The translations under genes were made by a program, and so were the position numbers. Shown piece after piece: positions 1 through 12,952 of a stretch of 64,000 nt of DNA (position 1 is the stretch's first letter; every line of letters begins with the position of its first letter). Location: contig NC_057751.1 in NCBI RefSeq assembly GCF_004010195.1, positions 15,669,677 through 15,733,676 on the forward strand, written 5' to 3'. The notes under the pieces were generated by a model. That model was not told the DNA's origin. It did no database searches and saw only the letters and a list, made by a program, of their open reading frames with translations. This stretch comes from Chiloscyllium plagiosum. Taxonomy: Eukaryota.

Positions 1-89
1 TAAACTATGAACTGAACAGATATGTAACTAGAAGGAAATCTGGAACTCGCACTCCCAAGTTCCTTTGTGCTTCACATTTCTGGAGCCTT

Positions 90-780
90 TCCCTATTGAG
101 AAATTAGGCAATGTCTCTTCTTCCTTCCAAACTGCATAACCTCATAATTTCCCACATTGCCCTCCATCTGCCACTTTTTCTGCCCACTCTCCTCACCTGT
201 CCAAGTCCTTCTGCAGCTTCTCTGCTTCCTCAACACTACCTGGCCTTCTACAAGCCTCGCAACAATGCCCTCCATTCTTTCATGTGAATCATTAACATAG
301 AACATGAATAGTTGTGGTCCCAACACTCCACTAGTTCCCAGCCTCTATTCTGAACAAGATACCTTTATGCCCATTCTCTGCCTTCTGCCATTCAGCTAAT
401 CAATCATCTGTCCCAGTACCTTACCCCACCACTATGGGTTCTCAGTCAGCAGCTTAATGCTGACTCCACCTTATTTTACCATACACTTAGCAATCTCACC
501 CTTAAGGGACTCTAAAATCTTACTCTCAGGGTAACTGGTTGATAATTTCTGATCTTCTGCCTCTGTTACGTTAGTCATTTGCTCGTCCTCTGGTACCTCC
601 CCTGATTTCAGTGATTCCTGAAAGATCACCACCAAGACCTCCACAATCTCCTTAGCTGCCACCTTCAGAATCCTGCAGTTTGGTCCAACTGATTTATCCA
701 TCTTTAGGCCTTTCAGTTTTGTCAGCACTTTACAGGATTGAATAAAAAGTTGGAATAACCATTGGAGAAACGCCTGATTC
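90..780 (-). mobile_element. Old degraded CR1-type LINE fragments
   Basis: ORF remnants LGPQLF..YVND, KWQME.NV..YEVMQFG and LKGLKMDKS.GP...RILK..A.EIV. Confidence 0.8.
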
Positions 781-1382
781 ACTGATGGAAGGTTGCTGTG
801 CTGACCCATTCTTGCCTATTCCAGCCTCACTACCATGAGGTTTACTCTAAACTGCCTTCATATGGTCGAGCTAACCACTTAGATGAAGGGCAATTAAGGA
901 CAAGCAACAAATTATTGGTCGTGCAAATGACATCCACAACCTCGGAAAGTTTTTTTTTTACAAAAATACCTATTACCCAGCCTGTGGAACATGATGGCAG
1001 ATTAATGATCTGCTGAGTGACAGGAAATAGGAGTCAGATTCATGGGCAGGGAAGGTGTCTTCTATAGGTGGGTGTTATGGTCTCCAATAATTATAACTTT
1101 AAGCCACATGGGCTCTAGGCTAATAATTTTTTAATGTTGTCATCCAATTGAGAATGGGACCAAAATAAACTGCAGCACAGATGCAGACCATTTGGCCTGT
1201 TTATGCCAGTGTTGTTCCCCATACAAGGGTCCAGCTGTTTTTCTTGATAAAGACAAAATAGAAGCTCGAGTAGGCCATTCAGCCCATTGCACTTATTCCA
1301 CCATTCATTGTGATCATGACTGATCCTTTCCCTTCTCTCCCCTACCTTAAAATACCTTGAGTGACGAGAAATCTGTTTTTTT

Positions 1383-1823
1383 GGTTGTGGTTCTGTTTGC
1401 CGAGCTGGAAATTTGTGTTGCAGACGTCGCGTCCCCTGTCTAGGTGACATCATCAGTGCTTGGGAGCCTCCTGTGAAGCGCTTCTGTGTTGTTTCCTCCG
1501 GCATTTATAGTGGTTTGTCTCTGCTGCTTCCAGTTGTCAGTTCCAGCTGTCCGCTGCAATGGCCGGTATATTTGTGTCCAGGTCGATGTGTTTGTTGATA
1601 GAATCTGTGGATGCAGCGGACAGCTGGAACTGACAACTGGAAGTGGCAGAGACAAACCACTATAAATGCCGGAGGAAACATCACAGAAGCGCTTCACAGG
1701 AGGCTCCCAAGCACTGAGGATGTCACCTAGACAGGGGACGAAACGTCTGCAACACAAATTCCCAGCTCGGCGAACAGAACCACAACAACGAGCACCCGAG
1801 CTAAAAATCTTCTCAGACTTTGG
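1383..1823. mobile_element. Penelope-like element 3' end with inverted pseudo-LTR copy (hairpin), family A
   Basis: Arms of about 175 bp (1384-1558 and 1612-1786) in inverted orientation. The spacer encodes STDSINKHIDLD (PLE endonuclease C-terminus) on the minus strand. Flanking direct repeat ATCTGTTTTTTT at 1371-1382 and 1824-1835. Confidence 0.8.
1711..1750 (+). ncRNA. Minimal hammerhead ribozyme motif in PLE family A
   Basis: GCA-CUGAGGA-U-[GUCACCU-AGAC-AGGGGAC]-GAAA-CG-UC-UGC: intact core, stem II and a 3-bp stem I. Confidence 0.65.
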
Positions 1824-3644
1824 ATCTGTTTTTTTTTCTCTTAAATATAGGCCTCCACAGCCTTCTGTCGTTGGAAATTCCTTAAGGTTCACCACTGAGC
1901 AAAGACATTTCTCCTTATCTCAATGCTAAGCAACCTCCCCATCTCCAGCGATACAATGGAAACATCCTCCTATCCCTTCTCCCTTCAGCACCTCGCGAGC
2001 TTTTCATTAAACACAGCTATGTTGATGATCTGTCTCCCTGTGACATTCCAAGCACGCCCTCGGTAACAAAGTGCCTCAGATTTAATTTATGGCTGCCTTC
2101 TATTTATGGACATTCATCCCTTCCCCGTCTCTCAAATTCTTTAAGGATTTTACAACTCTGTGGAAGGTGTACCTTTTCTTTTCTAACTCTTGGATACGGT
2201 TTCCTCTCATACAAACTTGATTGCCATTCAGAACTACTGCATTGGCTGGAATGAACCTGGGGTATCTGGAGGGTGTAAGATACTACAGATTTCCTTCTCA
2301 CCAAGGACTTGGCATTGTAGACCACACATTTATATACTGGCTTTAAATGCAGCAAAACATAGTAAAGACTTGAACAGGAGGGCTACAAAGCCAAACTTGA
2401 CACTGAGCCATGTCAGATATTAGCAGGCCTCTAATTTGCACTAACAGAGGTGCGAGAAACATCAACTCTCCTGCTCCTTAGATGCGGCCTGACCTGCTGC
2501 GCTTTTCCAGTGCCACACTTGGGCTCCAATTCCACTCACCGAACAACACTGGGTAGGGATCTCTTATAGATTTAAGAAGCTCTTCAAATTTCTTGTATTG
2601 AGCCACATCTTTACTATCCACCACTATACATTTTCCACACTAGTAATTGTCATCATTCACATTCAGTTCCATTATCCTGCTTAAATGGACAGACATCTTT
2701 TGCAACTTTTCAAACTACTTGCACAACACCATTTAGAAAGCTGGTACCGAGGTAAAGCCCAACTTGCATGTCAAGAAAAAAAAAATAGGTTCTGAACCTT
2801 ATGCCTCCCCCATTGTGTAATCCCCTATCGCTGGAATTTGTAAAACAATGCATCGCATTGCAGCAAGTTCACAGGGAATCTGTAACCAGGGCTCCCTCAC
2901 ATGCAATTACATCAGAAACAGAGCACTCTACATTTGGCTCACAGCTTGTGTTTAAACAGCTTACGGATAAGGCTCCTGCACACCTTCAAAACAGAAAGGA
3001 AACAGCAAGGAGGATCTAACAACAGATGAAAGAAGAATTTTCTATTCAGCCTCCTCCCTCCAGCTCCATTTAATTAGCACTGAAGCAAAGAGTCAGCCCG
3101 ACACGTGCCTCAGTATGGAATGACGAGGAGGGAGCCATAAAGACTCCTAACTGATCATTTATTCATTGTGCATCCTGTTAAGACCAACATTTAGTACAGG
3201 TTGTTAAGAGCCCTCGAACCACGTGCCCATACTGGGCCGGATAAGAGTCAACCACAGTGCTGTGAGTCTGGAGTCACATCTCACTCAGATTGAGTAAAGG
3301 GGAGAGATTTCCTTTCCAAAAGGGCAGTGGTGAACCAGATGGGGTTTACCAAAAATCAATGAGGATGCCACACTGAGACCAGCTTTCAATTCCAGATTTA
3401 TTCATCGAAACGTAATTTCACCAGCTCACTCTGAAGCCCCAATCCAATAACCTGGACTCAAATTCCAGTACAGTCTTTGGCAAAATTTAAATTTGAATCA
3501 CAATAACAGTATTGAGAAAGCTAATCTCAGCAGTGACGAGAAAGTGGGAGTATTGTGCATCAGTAAGGGAACAGGATTTTTCGAAACAACAGCCTCAGTT
3601 ACTGACAACTCTTTCTGCTTGAGATATTAAAAAAAAGCAAAGCC

Positions 3645-6600
3645 AAGAGATTAAAATCATTTCTTTAATACAGAAATATAGAATACCCTCCCTCAAAATC
3701 CAAAGAAATCGCTTTATACATGGCGGCCATGTGCACCATGACAATAAAGAAACTGGACTGACTCTCCTGCTTACAAAGAATCTCCAACATTTTACAGAAA
3801 TTAAAGCAGTTTTTTGACACCTGTTTTGAAAGTAGGAGAATTGAGTGGGGGAATGAACCTGCTGGCCACGGATACAAAATGAGGTTTAAATTGGCAAAAA
3901 TCCGCAATGAACCAGTCATGAGAGAAACACGTTCGGCATTTAATAACCTTATTTAAAACATCAGAAAGTGCACGACCCAAATACAGAGTCTGTTCAAAAA
4001 CACTCAGGAGACAAACACACACACACACACACACAGACATAAACATTTCCAAGTGTTTGGTTGAAAGACAGGATATATTAATGCAAACAGGTCATGGCAG
4101 AAAACAAAACAAAGAAATCACATATATAAACAACATCTTATTGCCAAATAAATATGGTCTACACAGAGCGTTACCCATCAGGGTTTAATCAGGTTTCTTA
4201 ATTCCAATGACTCCTGAAGATGCAGAATTTGAGGAACATTATCCACAATCATGGAAGATGGCCTGGGAAGATTGCAGTATTTTGGAACACCACCTGTTTG
4301 CGATATAATTATTGCTGGCATTCGGCACCAAGAGGTAAAATAGTAAAATATTAGTTAAACACATTCCAATCCTGGATTTTTTTTTCCCCTTAAAAAGTTG
4401 CTCGGTTTCTGTAAAAGCTGTCAGGGGGCTGAGGATATCAGCCTTCTCTTGCTCCCCCACTTTCCCCTCAATGCAAATGATTGGGAGGTTTGATTCTCAT
4501 TGCCAACCCCAAAAATACATTTTCATATATAGATTTGCATTTAAAAAAGGGTAGTTAAAAAAAGTACATTCTGGAAAACGGATTGCCATTTCTTAGTGTG
4601 TGCTTTAAGAAAATTTAAATATCCTGCATTCTCCTAGGGAAGAACAAATATTAAAGCTGTTTAATATCAACAGGATGTTAAACAATACGAGGAGGGAAAC
4701 TCCTTACAAAGACTGTTGAGGCTCTCCAAGAGAATGAGATAATCGAAATGAATATACAAGTGATTGCATGCAATGAGGTCAACTCCATGTAGCTTACTGA
4801 TGGAAATAGTCTTTGTTTCGGTGTTAACCCTCTTAGTTGCCCATTTGACTGCAGCATGCACCTCAGGAGTTCCCAGTCCCACCCTCAGAGTTTGTACCCA
4901 AGTCCTTTGCACAAGGGCGAGCCAAAGAGGCACCAGCTGATAAGACTCGTCATTAAACAAAGAACTGCTGGAGATCTGAAACTAACAAACAGAAATAGCT
5001 GGAGAAACTCAGCAGGTCTGGCAGCATCCGCGGAGAGGGATAAACAGAGTTAACGTTTTGGGTCCAGTGACTCTTCCTGTGCTCTGCAGAACACATACTA
5101 GACTTGAAATGCTAACTCTGTTTCTGCTGCCAGGTTCCTCCAGCAATCTCAGCTTGGGACCAGCAATGTGCACATGCGGCAGTGGATTGACAAACGCAGA
5201 CAAACTGGGACCCTCAAAGAAAGCAATGGGTAAGTCAAGCAGTTTAAAAAAAAAGTGAAGGAAGTTGTTTAATTCACAGGGAAGACTCTGGGCAAACTAA
5301 CTTATCAAGCAGCTGCACCTTAACCAGCATATTGCAAAACCAACTGTAAACAATCAAAAAAAAATTGTGTCAGGAAGATAAGAATGATCTTTTAGGCAAT
5401 TAGAGCCAGTATTTAAAAAAATAAATAAAGCAAGACTAAATCACATTACACATCAATTAGAATAAACTGATAAGCTTTTCTGTGAGGCCCAACAGTCATA
5501 GACGTTAGCACACAGGAGGTGTGGCCTGACCGTGTGGAGGTGACCCACAAGTTTGTCCCTTCTTACTGAGATTGAGAAATAAACTGTGATATCAAAAAAA
5601 AAGCAGCTGGTGCCAGACATAATGGGAGTTGGTGCAGACTGTTACAACTTCCAGAGTATCCCATTTGATAAACTCTCATTCCTGGCCCTCAAAGATTCAC
5701 TGATGAATGGATTTACTTCACAATGTACCTTTTGTACCTTCTTAGTTCTGCTTCAACTGCTCTGGCCAACTCGCAAACAGGGCCGTGCACCTTAACAGAG
5801 CTACAAGTCGGGATAACTTAAAAAAAAACCCTCCCACCCCTTAAAAAAAAGACACGGGACAAACTTGGTCTGTGGAACAAACTGAACTCCGCCTCTAAAC
5901 CAGCAAGCCCTTCCTTCAGTGGAAAATTACAGAAAATGAATTGATACCACTTCAAGTCAAGGTTTGGGCTTGAAAACACTTCATATCACTCTCTCTCTCT
6001 CTCCTTGCAGCAGATGCAACCTGTTTATTCTCAGACTTTCCACTGGACTGGCCCAAAAAAGTATTTCTGGTTATTGTACGAGTTGTAGAGCATTGTACCT
6101 GCCAAAACCACCCAGCCTTGAGGTGACTGCTCTGGGGCTTGCAATTTATGTGCCCACAGTCGGGCCTGAACCTTCCCTGAGGCATGGTTATGCACAGCTA
6201 TGGGTAACCCGGAATACACCCCCACACAGAATAGACATTCCGTTAATACTTAAAACTTCAATTTCCCAATTTAAACAAACCCCAAATCCAGGAATCGAGT
6301 TAGATTAGACATGTAGAAATCCCTATGGCTTTGCCAATGAACCTAAGCTTTCCCTCGTTCCTGGCTATCAATACCTCCATGTTATCGGAGTGCTGTTTGC
6401 TCAACCATACCACTTTAGATCAAAGTTGACAAGGATCACAGAAGAACTGACCACAGGGCGAAGGCCCTCAGAGATTCTGAACTCATGTGGTTTCTTCTGG
6501 CAATTCTCCATCTTCTGGCTAAACACCGATGGACAATCAGGGAATCAATAACAGGTCAGGATCAGCTGAAGTCTATCGTCAACAGGCACCAACTGTCAGA

Positions 6601-7325
6601 AGTTGATGTGATGGGTACAGGCTTTAACTGCACAGAAGGACAGACATTGGCAGACCTGAAACATGGAGAGATCTACCTCAGGATGAAAGTAAACTAGTAA
6701 GAGAAGCTGTTCCCAAACACTGCTCCTGTCCCCAAGACTGTAAAACTGTTGCACGTTGTTCTAGTGCATAGTGTAAAATGATGTGACTTGTCTGCGCATT
6801 GTAATAGGAACAACATTTCCTCTGCCACCTCCCAATACTCGAAATGTGCAAAGGAATGAAGGCTGAAATGCAAGGAAATGACAATCTGGGGATGGTGGGG
6901 AGAGGGGAATGGGTGTTCAGCGTACATCAGCCCAGGGCGAGAGCTGAAATGCTACCCAGCAACACACAGCCCCAAGCCATCTGAAGCTGTCCAAGATAGC
7001 AGGCAACCAGTCAAAGTCATGTGGTCCTGCCCATGTTAGACACTGGAAGGTTCACTTGCCAGGAGAAGAGGAGATGGCTATAGATGGTTCCTCTTGGGGT
7101 TGAGCAGTCTTGTCTTTTTGTCCGCGTGCTGACCCGGCATGTGTGGCTGTAGCAAATCAGTTATTCACCGGGCATGTCTCCTCACTTTCTGCACGAGCTG
7201 TCTCATGTCGTACCGTTCCTCGTTCATCCCCACACACACACACTATAAAAAGATTGCACGGTGATTGTTCGCAGGAACTGTTTTAAATGCCCCAGGAGCA
7301 GAGCCTCGACCCTCCAAGCGTGGGG
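3645..7325 (-). other. CNNM4: Probable long CNNM4 3' UTR (about 3.7 kb)
   Basis: Repeat-poor, A/U-rich stretch after the stop. Minus-strand ATTAAA at 3664-3669 followed by a U-rich downstream element. The end point is inferred. Confidence 0.45.
4995..5148. mobile_element. Degenerate inverted pair of PLE-type terminal repeats within the CNNM4 3' UTR
   Basis: GCTGGAGAAACTCAGCAGGTCTGGCAGC...ACAGAGTTAACG mirrored by CTAACTCTGTTTCTGCTGCCAGGTTCCTCCAGC. Related fragments at 40685-40760, 47070-47130 and 58570-58650. Confidence 0.55.
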
Positions 7326-7523
7326 TCATATACTGTTTTCCAAAGTGTGGTTCAAAGTACGGTTCAAAGAGTTCTGCTCGTTCAGAAGGTCCGTGGTTTC
7401 ATCTGCTATAGTCTCAGGTTTCTCTATTTTCATGTCGATCTTCGTGTGGGGGTTGTCCGGAGACTGCGGGGTGCTGTCTATCCTTGACGCCAGTAAGCCA
7501 TTCTGGTACTGTTGCCTTGTCAC
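7326..7523 (-). CDS. CNNM4: CNNM4 last coding exon
   Basis: ATCAG| VTRQQYQNGLLASRIDSTPQSP...DETTDLLNEQNSLNRTLNHTLENSI-TGA (stop at 7326-7328). Confidence 0.95.
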   Translation of the reverse strand: MTRQQYQNGLLASRIDSTPQSPDNPHTKIDMKIEKPETIADETTDLLNEQNSLNRTLNHTLENSI

Positions 7524-8339
7524 CTGATCATTTCAACAGAGAATCAATTAACCGCGGCTGGTCACACAAGAGCCGAATTGGCAGCGCACGAACAAATACA
7601 CCAGAGATACTGGCACACTATGGTCACCTGACCTGTAACCCAGAGGCTCAGACTGATGCTCTAGAGATACGGGTTCGAATCCCAGACCTGCAGCCTGGGG
7701 ACAGGGAGGGGAATTTAAATTCCAATCAATAAATTAAAACTGCAGTTGAAAGCTTTTATGATTAAGAAAAACCAGTTCACATATCTTTGAAGATGAGGAC
7801 GTCTGTCTGGTCTGGCCTACATGTGACTCCACACACACACAGCAACATGGTTGACTCTGACAGCCCTTAAGGGGGGCAAAGGACAGTGGCACCCACCTCT
7901 GGAATCAATACAGTGATTGACATACCTCAGAGCTCCTGCATACAATCACAGCAGAGAAGCAACGTTGTCTGCATCTCATTAAATAATCAAGCCAATGCAG
8001 AATTTATGCCGTTATGTTGCATGTTTACTGACCTGAAACATTCACTTTTTCTTTCTCGACATTACCCATAGGCTTTTTTCTTAACAAATGCATCTTTCAA
8101 GACCATACCCCATCTTAAAATCGTCTGCTGATCATGAAGCTATCTACAGTATATTTGCAGCAATCATCACAACTTACTGGAGAAAGGGAGCAATAGCTGA
8201 TGATCAACAGCAGCAATACCACCCAAAAACCCAGTGGGGGAGCTGCTGAGTTTCAAAACCAATTGCTGAACAGCAATGCCACAGGCTGGTTTTGAACAGT
8301 ATTGCAGCCCCAATCTGAAACCACTGAGAAGCAGGATGG

Positions 8340-9190
8340 TACAGACGTATAGTACAGAAACTGACTCTTCGGTCCAACTCGTCCTTGCCAATCAGATATC
8401 CCAACCTAATCTCGTCCATTTGCCAACACTTGGCCCATATCCCTCTTGACCCTTCCTATTCATGTCCCCAACCAGATGCCTTTTAAATGCTGTAATTGTA
8501 CCAGCCTCCACCACTTCCTCTGGCAGCTCATTCCATACATGTACCGCCCAGTATGAAAAGGTTCGTCTGACAGTTCATTCCATATATGCATTTCCCTCTG
8601 TGTAAATGTTGCCCCTTAGGTCCCTTTTATATCTTTCCCCTCTCACCCTCTTGTTCTGGACTCCCCCACCCCAGGGAAAAGACTTTATTTATCCTATCCA
8701 TGCCCCCTCATGATTTTATAAACCTCGAAATGGTCACCCCGCAGCCTCCGACGCTCCAGGGAAACAGCGCCAGCCGATTCAACCTCTCCCTGTAGCTCAA
8801 ACCCTCCAATCCTGGGAACATCCTTGTAAATCTTTTCTGAACCCTTTCAAGTTTCACAACATCTTTCCGATAGGAAGGAGACCAGAATCGCACGCAATAT
8901 TCCAACAGTGACCGAACCAATGTCCTGTACAGCTGCAACATGACCTCCCAACTCCTGTACTCAATACTCTGACCAATAAAGGAAAGCATACCAAACACCT
9001 TCATCACTATCCTATCTACCTGCGACTCCACTTTCAAGGAACTGTGAACCTGCACTCCAAGGTCTCTTTGTTCAGCAACTCTCCTTTGGAACTTACCATT
9101 AAGTGTATAAGTCCTGCTCTGATTTGCTTTCCGAAAATGCAGCACCTCACATTTATCTAAATTAAACTCCATTTGCCACTACTCAGCCCA
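8340..9190 (-). mobile_element. CR1 LINE 3' fragment (RT C-terminus and 3' UTR)
   Basis: MEFNLDKCEVLHF...QRDLGVQVHSSLK...LYRTLVRSLLEYCVRFWSP...LERVQKRFTRM. Confidence 0.92.
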
Positions 9191-9199
9191 TTTATTGCC

Positions 9200-9690
9200 T
9201 ATTTCTCCTGGAGAAGGAACTTGTGCAGCCTCATCCTGAACCAACAGTCCATATGGTCCAGAGAGACCCACAACGATGTGAGGGAGAGAGATCCAGATTT
9301 TGATGCAGCCACACTGAACGAAGAATGATCTATTTCAAAGTCACAATTGTGTGGGGGTCACAAGGAACTTGAAGAGGGTAGTATGCCCATTTATTTGTTA
9401 ACCTTGCCCTCCCAGCTGGTAATGGCCGTGGGTTTGGAAGGTGCTGTCGAAGACGACAGAGTTTCTTCAGCACATCTTGTATACAGTACACACTGCTGCT
9501 GCTGAATGTTGGTACTGGACAGAGTGGATGTTTTTGGATGTGGGGACAATCAAGCGGGGGCTGCTTTGTCCTGGATGGAGTCAAACTTCTTCAGTCTTGT
9601 TGCAGCTGCCCCCACCCAGGGCAAGTAGGGAGTATTAAATTACACTATTGATTTATACCTACAAGACTGGAGGAGGCTGGCTGTCAGGAA
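9200..9690 (-). mobile_element. Degraded non-LTR retroelement 3' fragment (CR1/L2 group)
   Basis: Sequence similarity to copies at 15320-15880 (-) and 54270-54810 (+). Confidence 0.6.
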
Positions 9691-10270
9691 GGGTCAGCTC
9701 TGATTATCCACAAAGCATATGCCAAATTAATCTACATTACTGTATCTTATTCATGGGCCTATTTAAGGGATTAAGAAAAACAAGAGTAAACCCAGTTATA
9801 CCTCAAATACAAAGCTGCGTGTTAAACTCTGGGCACTACACTGTCAAGGACTTCAAAGCCTTAGAGAAGGTGAGGTGGGGAGTTCCACATGATGTGAGAG
9901 AGGAAGGATCTCACGTCGAGACAAGAGAATTTGTCATCATTCTCCTGAGTGGAGATGGCTGGAGGCAAATTTATGACAAAAGTAAGATAATCTAACACAT
10001 GGGTGCAGATAGTTAGCAATTGTTGGCATTGGCAGGAGAATCAGTCACTCATGAGTAAACAATAGATAATAATAATCTGGTAGCAGGTACAGATTCCAAC
10101 GTTAACTTGACAAACAGCGATGGATAAACACCTGACAGGGACAAATGTATAGGATCATTGCAAACAGCAATAGGAATGGGTCAAATTGGTTCAGCCTACC
10201 AAAACAGCTAGCACAGGCTTGACTGGTTGAATGGCTCCCTTCGTTGCTGCCAAACCCCAAGGCCTCTTAC

Positions 10271-10431
10271 CTTAACATACTGCAGGTCGGTCAGCGCCCT
10301 GACGGAGAAATCCGGAACGTAGTGCGTCAAGGGGCTGGGTGAGACGATAGATGGTATCGATTCAGAGCGCTCGGCGTAGCTCAGCGAGACAGAGCGACTC
10401 AGCTCACTGGTGCGAGAGGATGGACGCGTTT
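10271..10431 (-). CDS. CNNM4: CNNM4 exon 6
   Basis: CTCCTCAG| ETRPSSRTSELSRSVSLSYAERSESIPSIVSPSPLTHYVPDFSVRALTDLQYVK |GTAAGA. 161 nt. Confidence 0.94.
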
Positions 10432-11533
10432 CTGAGGAGAAGCAGAGGGCCCAAAAACAAACAAACAATCAATCAATCAGTGCCTGAGATGGATGACACA
10501 ACTCTGGACAGGTCTGGATGGCACAAGGTGGCTCAGCAGTTCACGTGACCCGATCCTGCTCCAGACATGCACAGGAATCACATCCCCCATTGCATGCAGT
10601 GCACAACATTAATTAGTGAAAAGCATGCACCAATGCTGCTGCAGATCGAGGTTTTAGGGCAGAGGAAGCCGGTGTGGGATGGTATCTAAAGTGGGCTAGT
10701 ATATTAAAACTGAACCGCCATCTGCAGCACTGGCTCAGCTCTCCAAGAACTTCAAACTACAGAATTTCCCAACAGTCTTGACCCTTCACACAGAGTTCAA
10801 TCGACGGTCAAATCCTCCCTCATCCTGATGGTCTTTTGCACAGCAAATACCGCACATTTAAGGGTTGGAGAGAAATCGCAGTTTGGTGACAAAAAGTCAA
10901 GTTTATTCAAAAGGATGCCGCATAGCAAGCGTCTGCAGCTCGACTCCCTGAAGACAGCAGCAACAGATTCGTTGCAGGCGCACGCAGAAGTGAAATATAG
11001 AGACCACACTCATTGGCTACCCATGGCCACACTGCATTAACAAGATGCTAAATCCTAAACAATTTCAGCCAAGTGTTTTGTTTCAAATCCAGGCTATTTG
11101 GAAGCTGAATCTTGTTCACTGTCAGTCTGTTAGCTAAAAGACCAGCAAAAAGTTTGGTGGTTCCAAGGAACTGTGAAGAGGTGCAAGTTTGACGAGAATC
11201 AGCTTCCCGAGACACGAATACACAGGGAGTTGGACATGACGACAAGCAATGGCAACAAGGAGTGGAGAAAGAACCAAGATGGCAAATCGGAGTGTCAGTA
11301 AGGAATTCATTTTACATTTGATGACAGAGATAGGTTGCAAAAACTGGACATTTTGCACTCGAGACAAAATACAAGAACGCTACTTTTCAAATAATCAACC
11401 TTTGCGCCACAAGAGATTGGTTGATAAGTTCACTGCGACTGACTAAGGCATAGCCACGGAAAAAGCATTGGGTCGTTCTCGGATATATATCCCACACCAA
11501 GGAATATTTAAAAAAGGAACAAAGCTTAAACGT

Positions 11534-11845
11534 GGGGTGGCACAATGGCTCAGTGGTTCGCACTGCTGCTTCACAGCACAAGGGACCAAGGTTTGATTCT
11601 AGCCTCAGGTCTGTGTGGAGTTTGCACCTTCTCCCCGTATCTGCGTGGGTTTCCTCTGGGTGCTACAGTTTCCTCCCACAATCCAAAGATGTGCAGGTTA
11701 GGTGGATTGGCCAGAATAAAATTGCCCTGCAGCGTGCAGGTGAGGTGGGTTAGCCATGGTACAAACATACATTAGGATAGAGCTCTGGGTCTGGATGGGA
11801 TGTTCTGGACGGGATGCTCTGGACAGTCGGTGTGGACTCTATTCC
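11534..11845 (+). mobile_element. tRNA-derived V-SINE (HE1-like)
   Basis: GGCTCAGTGG A box, GGTTTGATTC B box, central TGTGGAGTTTGCAC..CTCCCCGT..GCGTGGGTTTCCTC domain. Confidence 0.88.
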
Positions 11846-12952
11846 ATTTGTCCTGATGAGTACACGATTCAAACGCCACACAACCAAGTGACAAATTCCA
11901 ATTTGTTTGTAGCACTCACTCTCTTGCAGCAGTGCACAGATCGAAAGAGTGACAGCTTGCTGCGCATGCACGTATCTTAACAGAAGTGGTGTAGACATTG
12001 TTCCCATTGTTGCACCACTCCCATGACTGCAATCATGCAGCTGACAGGGAATATCAGCCATGACTGGTAGCTTCCACACACCCCTTATTCCAAAAGATTT
12101 GATGCAGAGGGTTTTTTGCCATATTGGGAACATCTCCTTGCCCTAGAACACAGGCAGGATGGCCCTGATCCTTCACACAATTACAGATGTGAGCAGCACT
12201 GGACACCACACCACAGGGATCACAATGTAGATTTACCAAGGTTATACCTGGACATCAAACATTAAATCAATTTACAAAATTTCATGAAAATTTCAAGCTG
12301 AAGAGAACAGCCAAAGAAAAACTATTTCCGTTGGTGAGGAATGAGCAGGATTGGGGAAGTGGGGAGGCACAGTTAGAGGCAGACTTGCAGTCGTGCAATG
12401 AGGTAACATTCCTTCACAAAAAGGCTCTTATAAGTTATGAACTCTTTTCCTCAAACTTCACTTAGTTATTAAATTTAAAACTCAAGATTGATAATATTTT
12501 TGGTTAAAAAATTGGAAAATTACAGACAAAGACAGATACGTACAGTTAGTTCTTTTTTTAAAAAGTGGCGAGGGATTGAGGAAGTGGTGAGGGAACAGAG
12601 GTTGAGATGCCTGACTTGGTGGAAAAGTTTCTGTTTTTCAGTGCGGAATCCAGGTAACTCAAGGGAGATGATAGAGTTACCTGGATCAAGGGAGATGATA
12701 GAGAAGTCAAGGTGTGTACAACCAGGGCACATGGCACTGTTTGCAGACAATATTATCAAGGGGCAACATGTAGATCAGCAATAGGAGGATATGTCCTCAG
12801 GAGCCACCCACATAACTAAACAGGAACAGGACGTGATTCCAGTGCAGGTGATTCCCCAGCTATGACTGAACAGCGAAGAACAAAACCAGGTGAACGCATT
12901 GACACCCAGCTGGAAGACCACAAAGAGGTGCCTGAGGAGCATGGTGTGGTCA

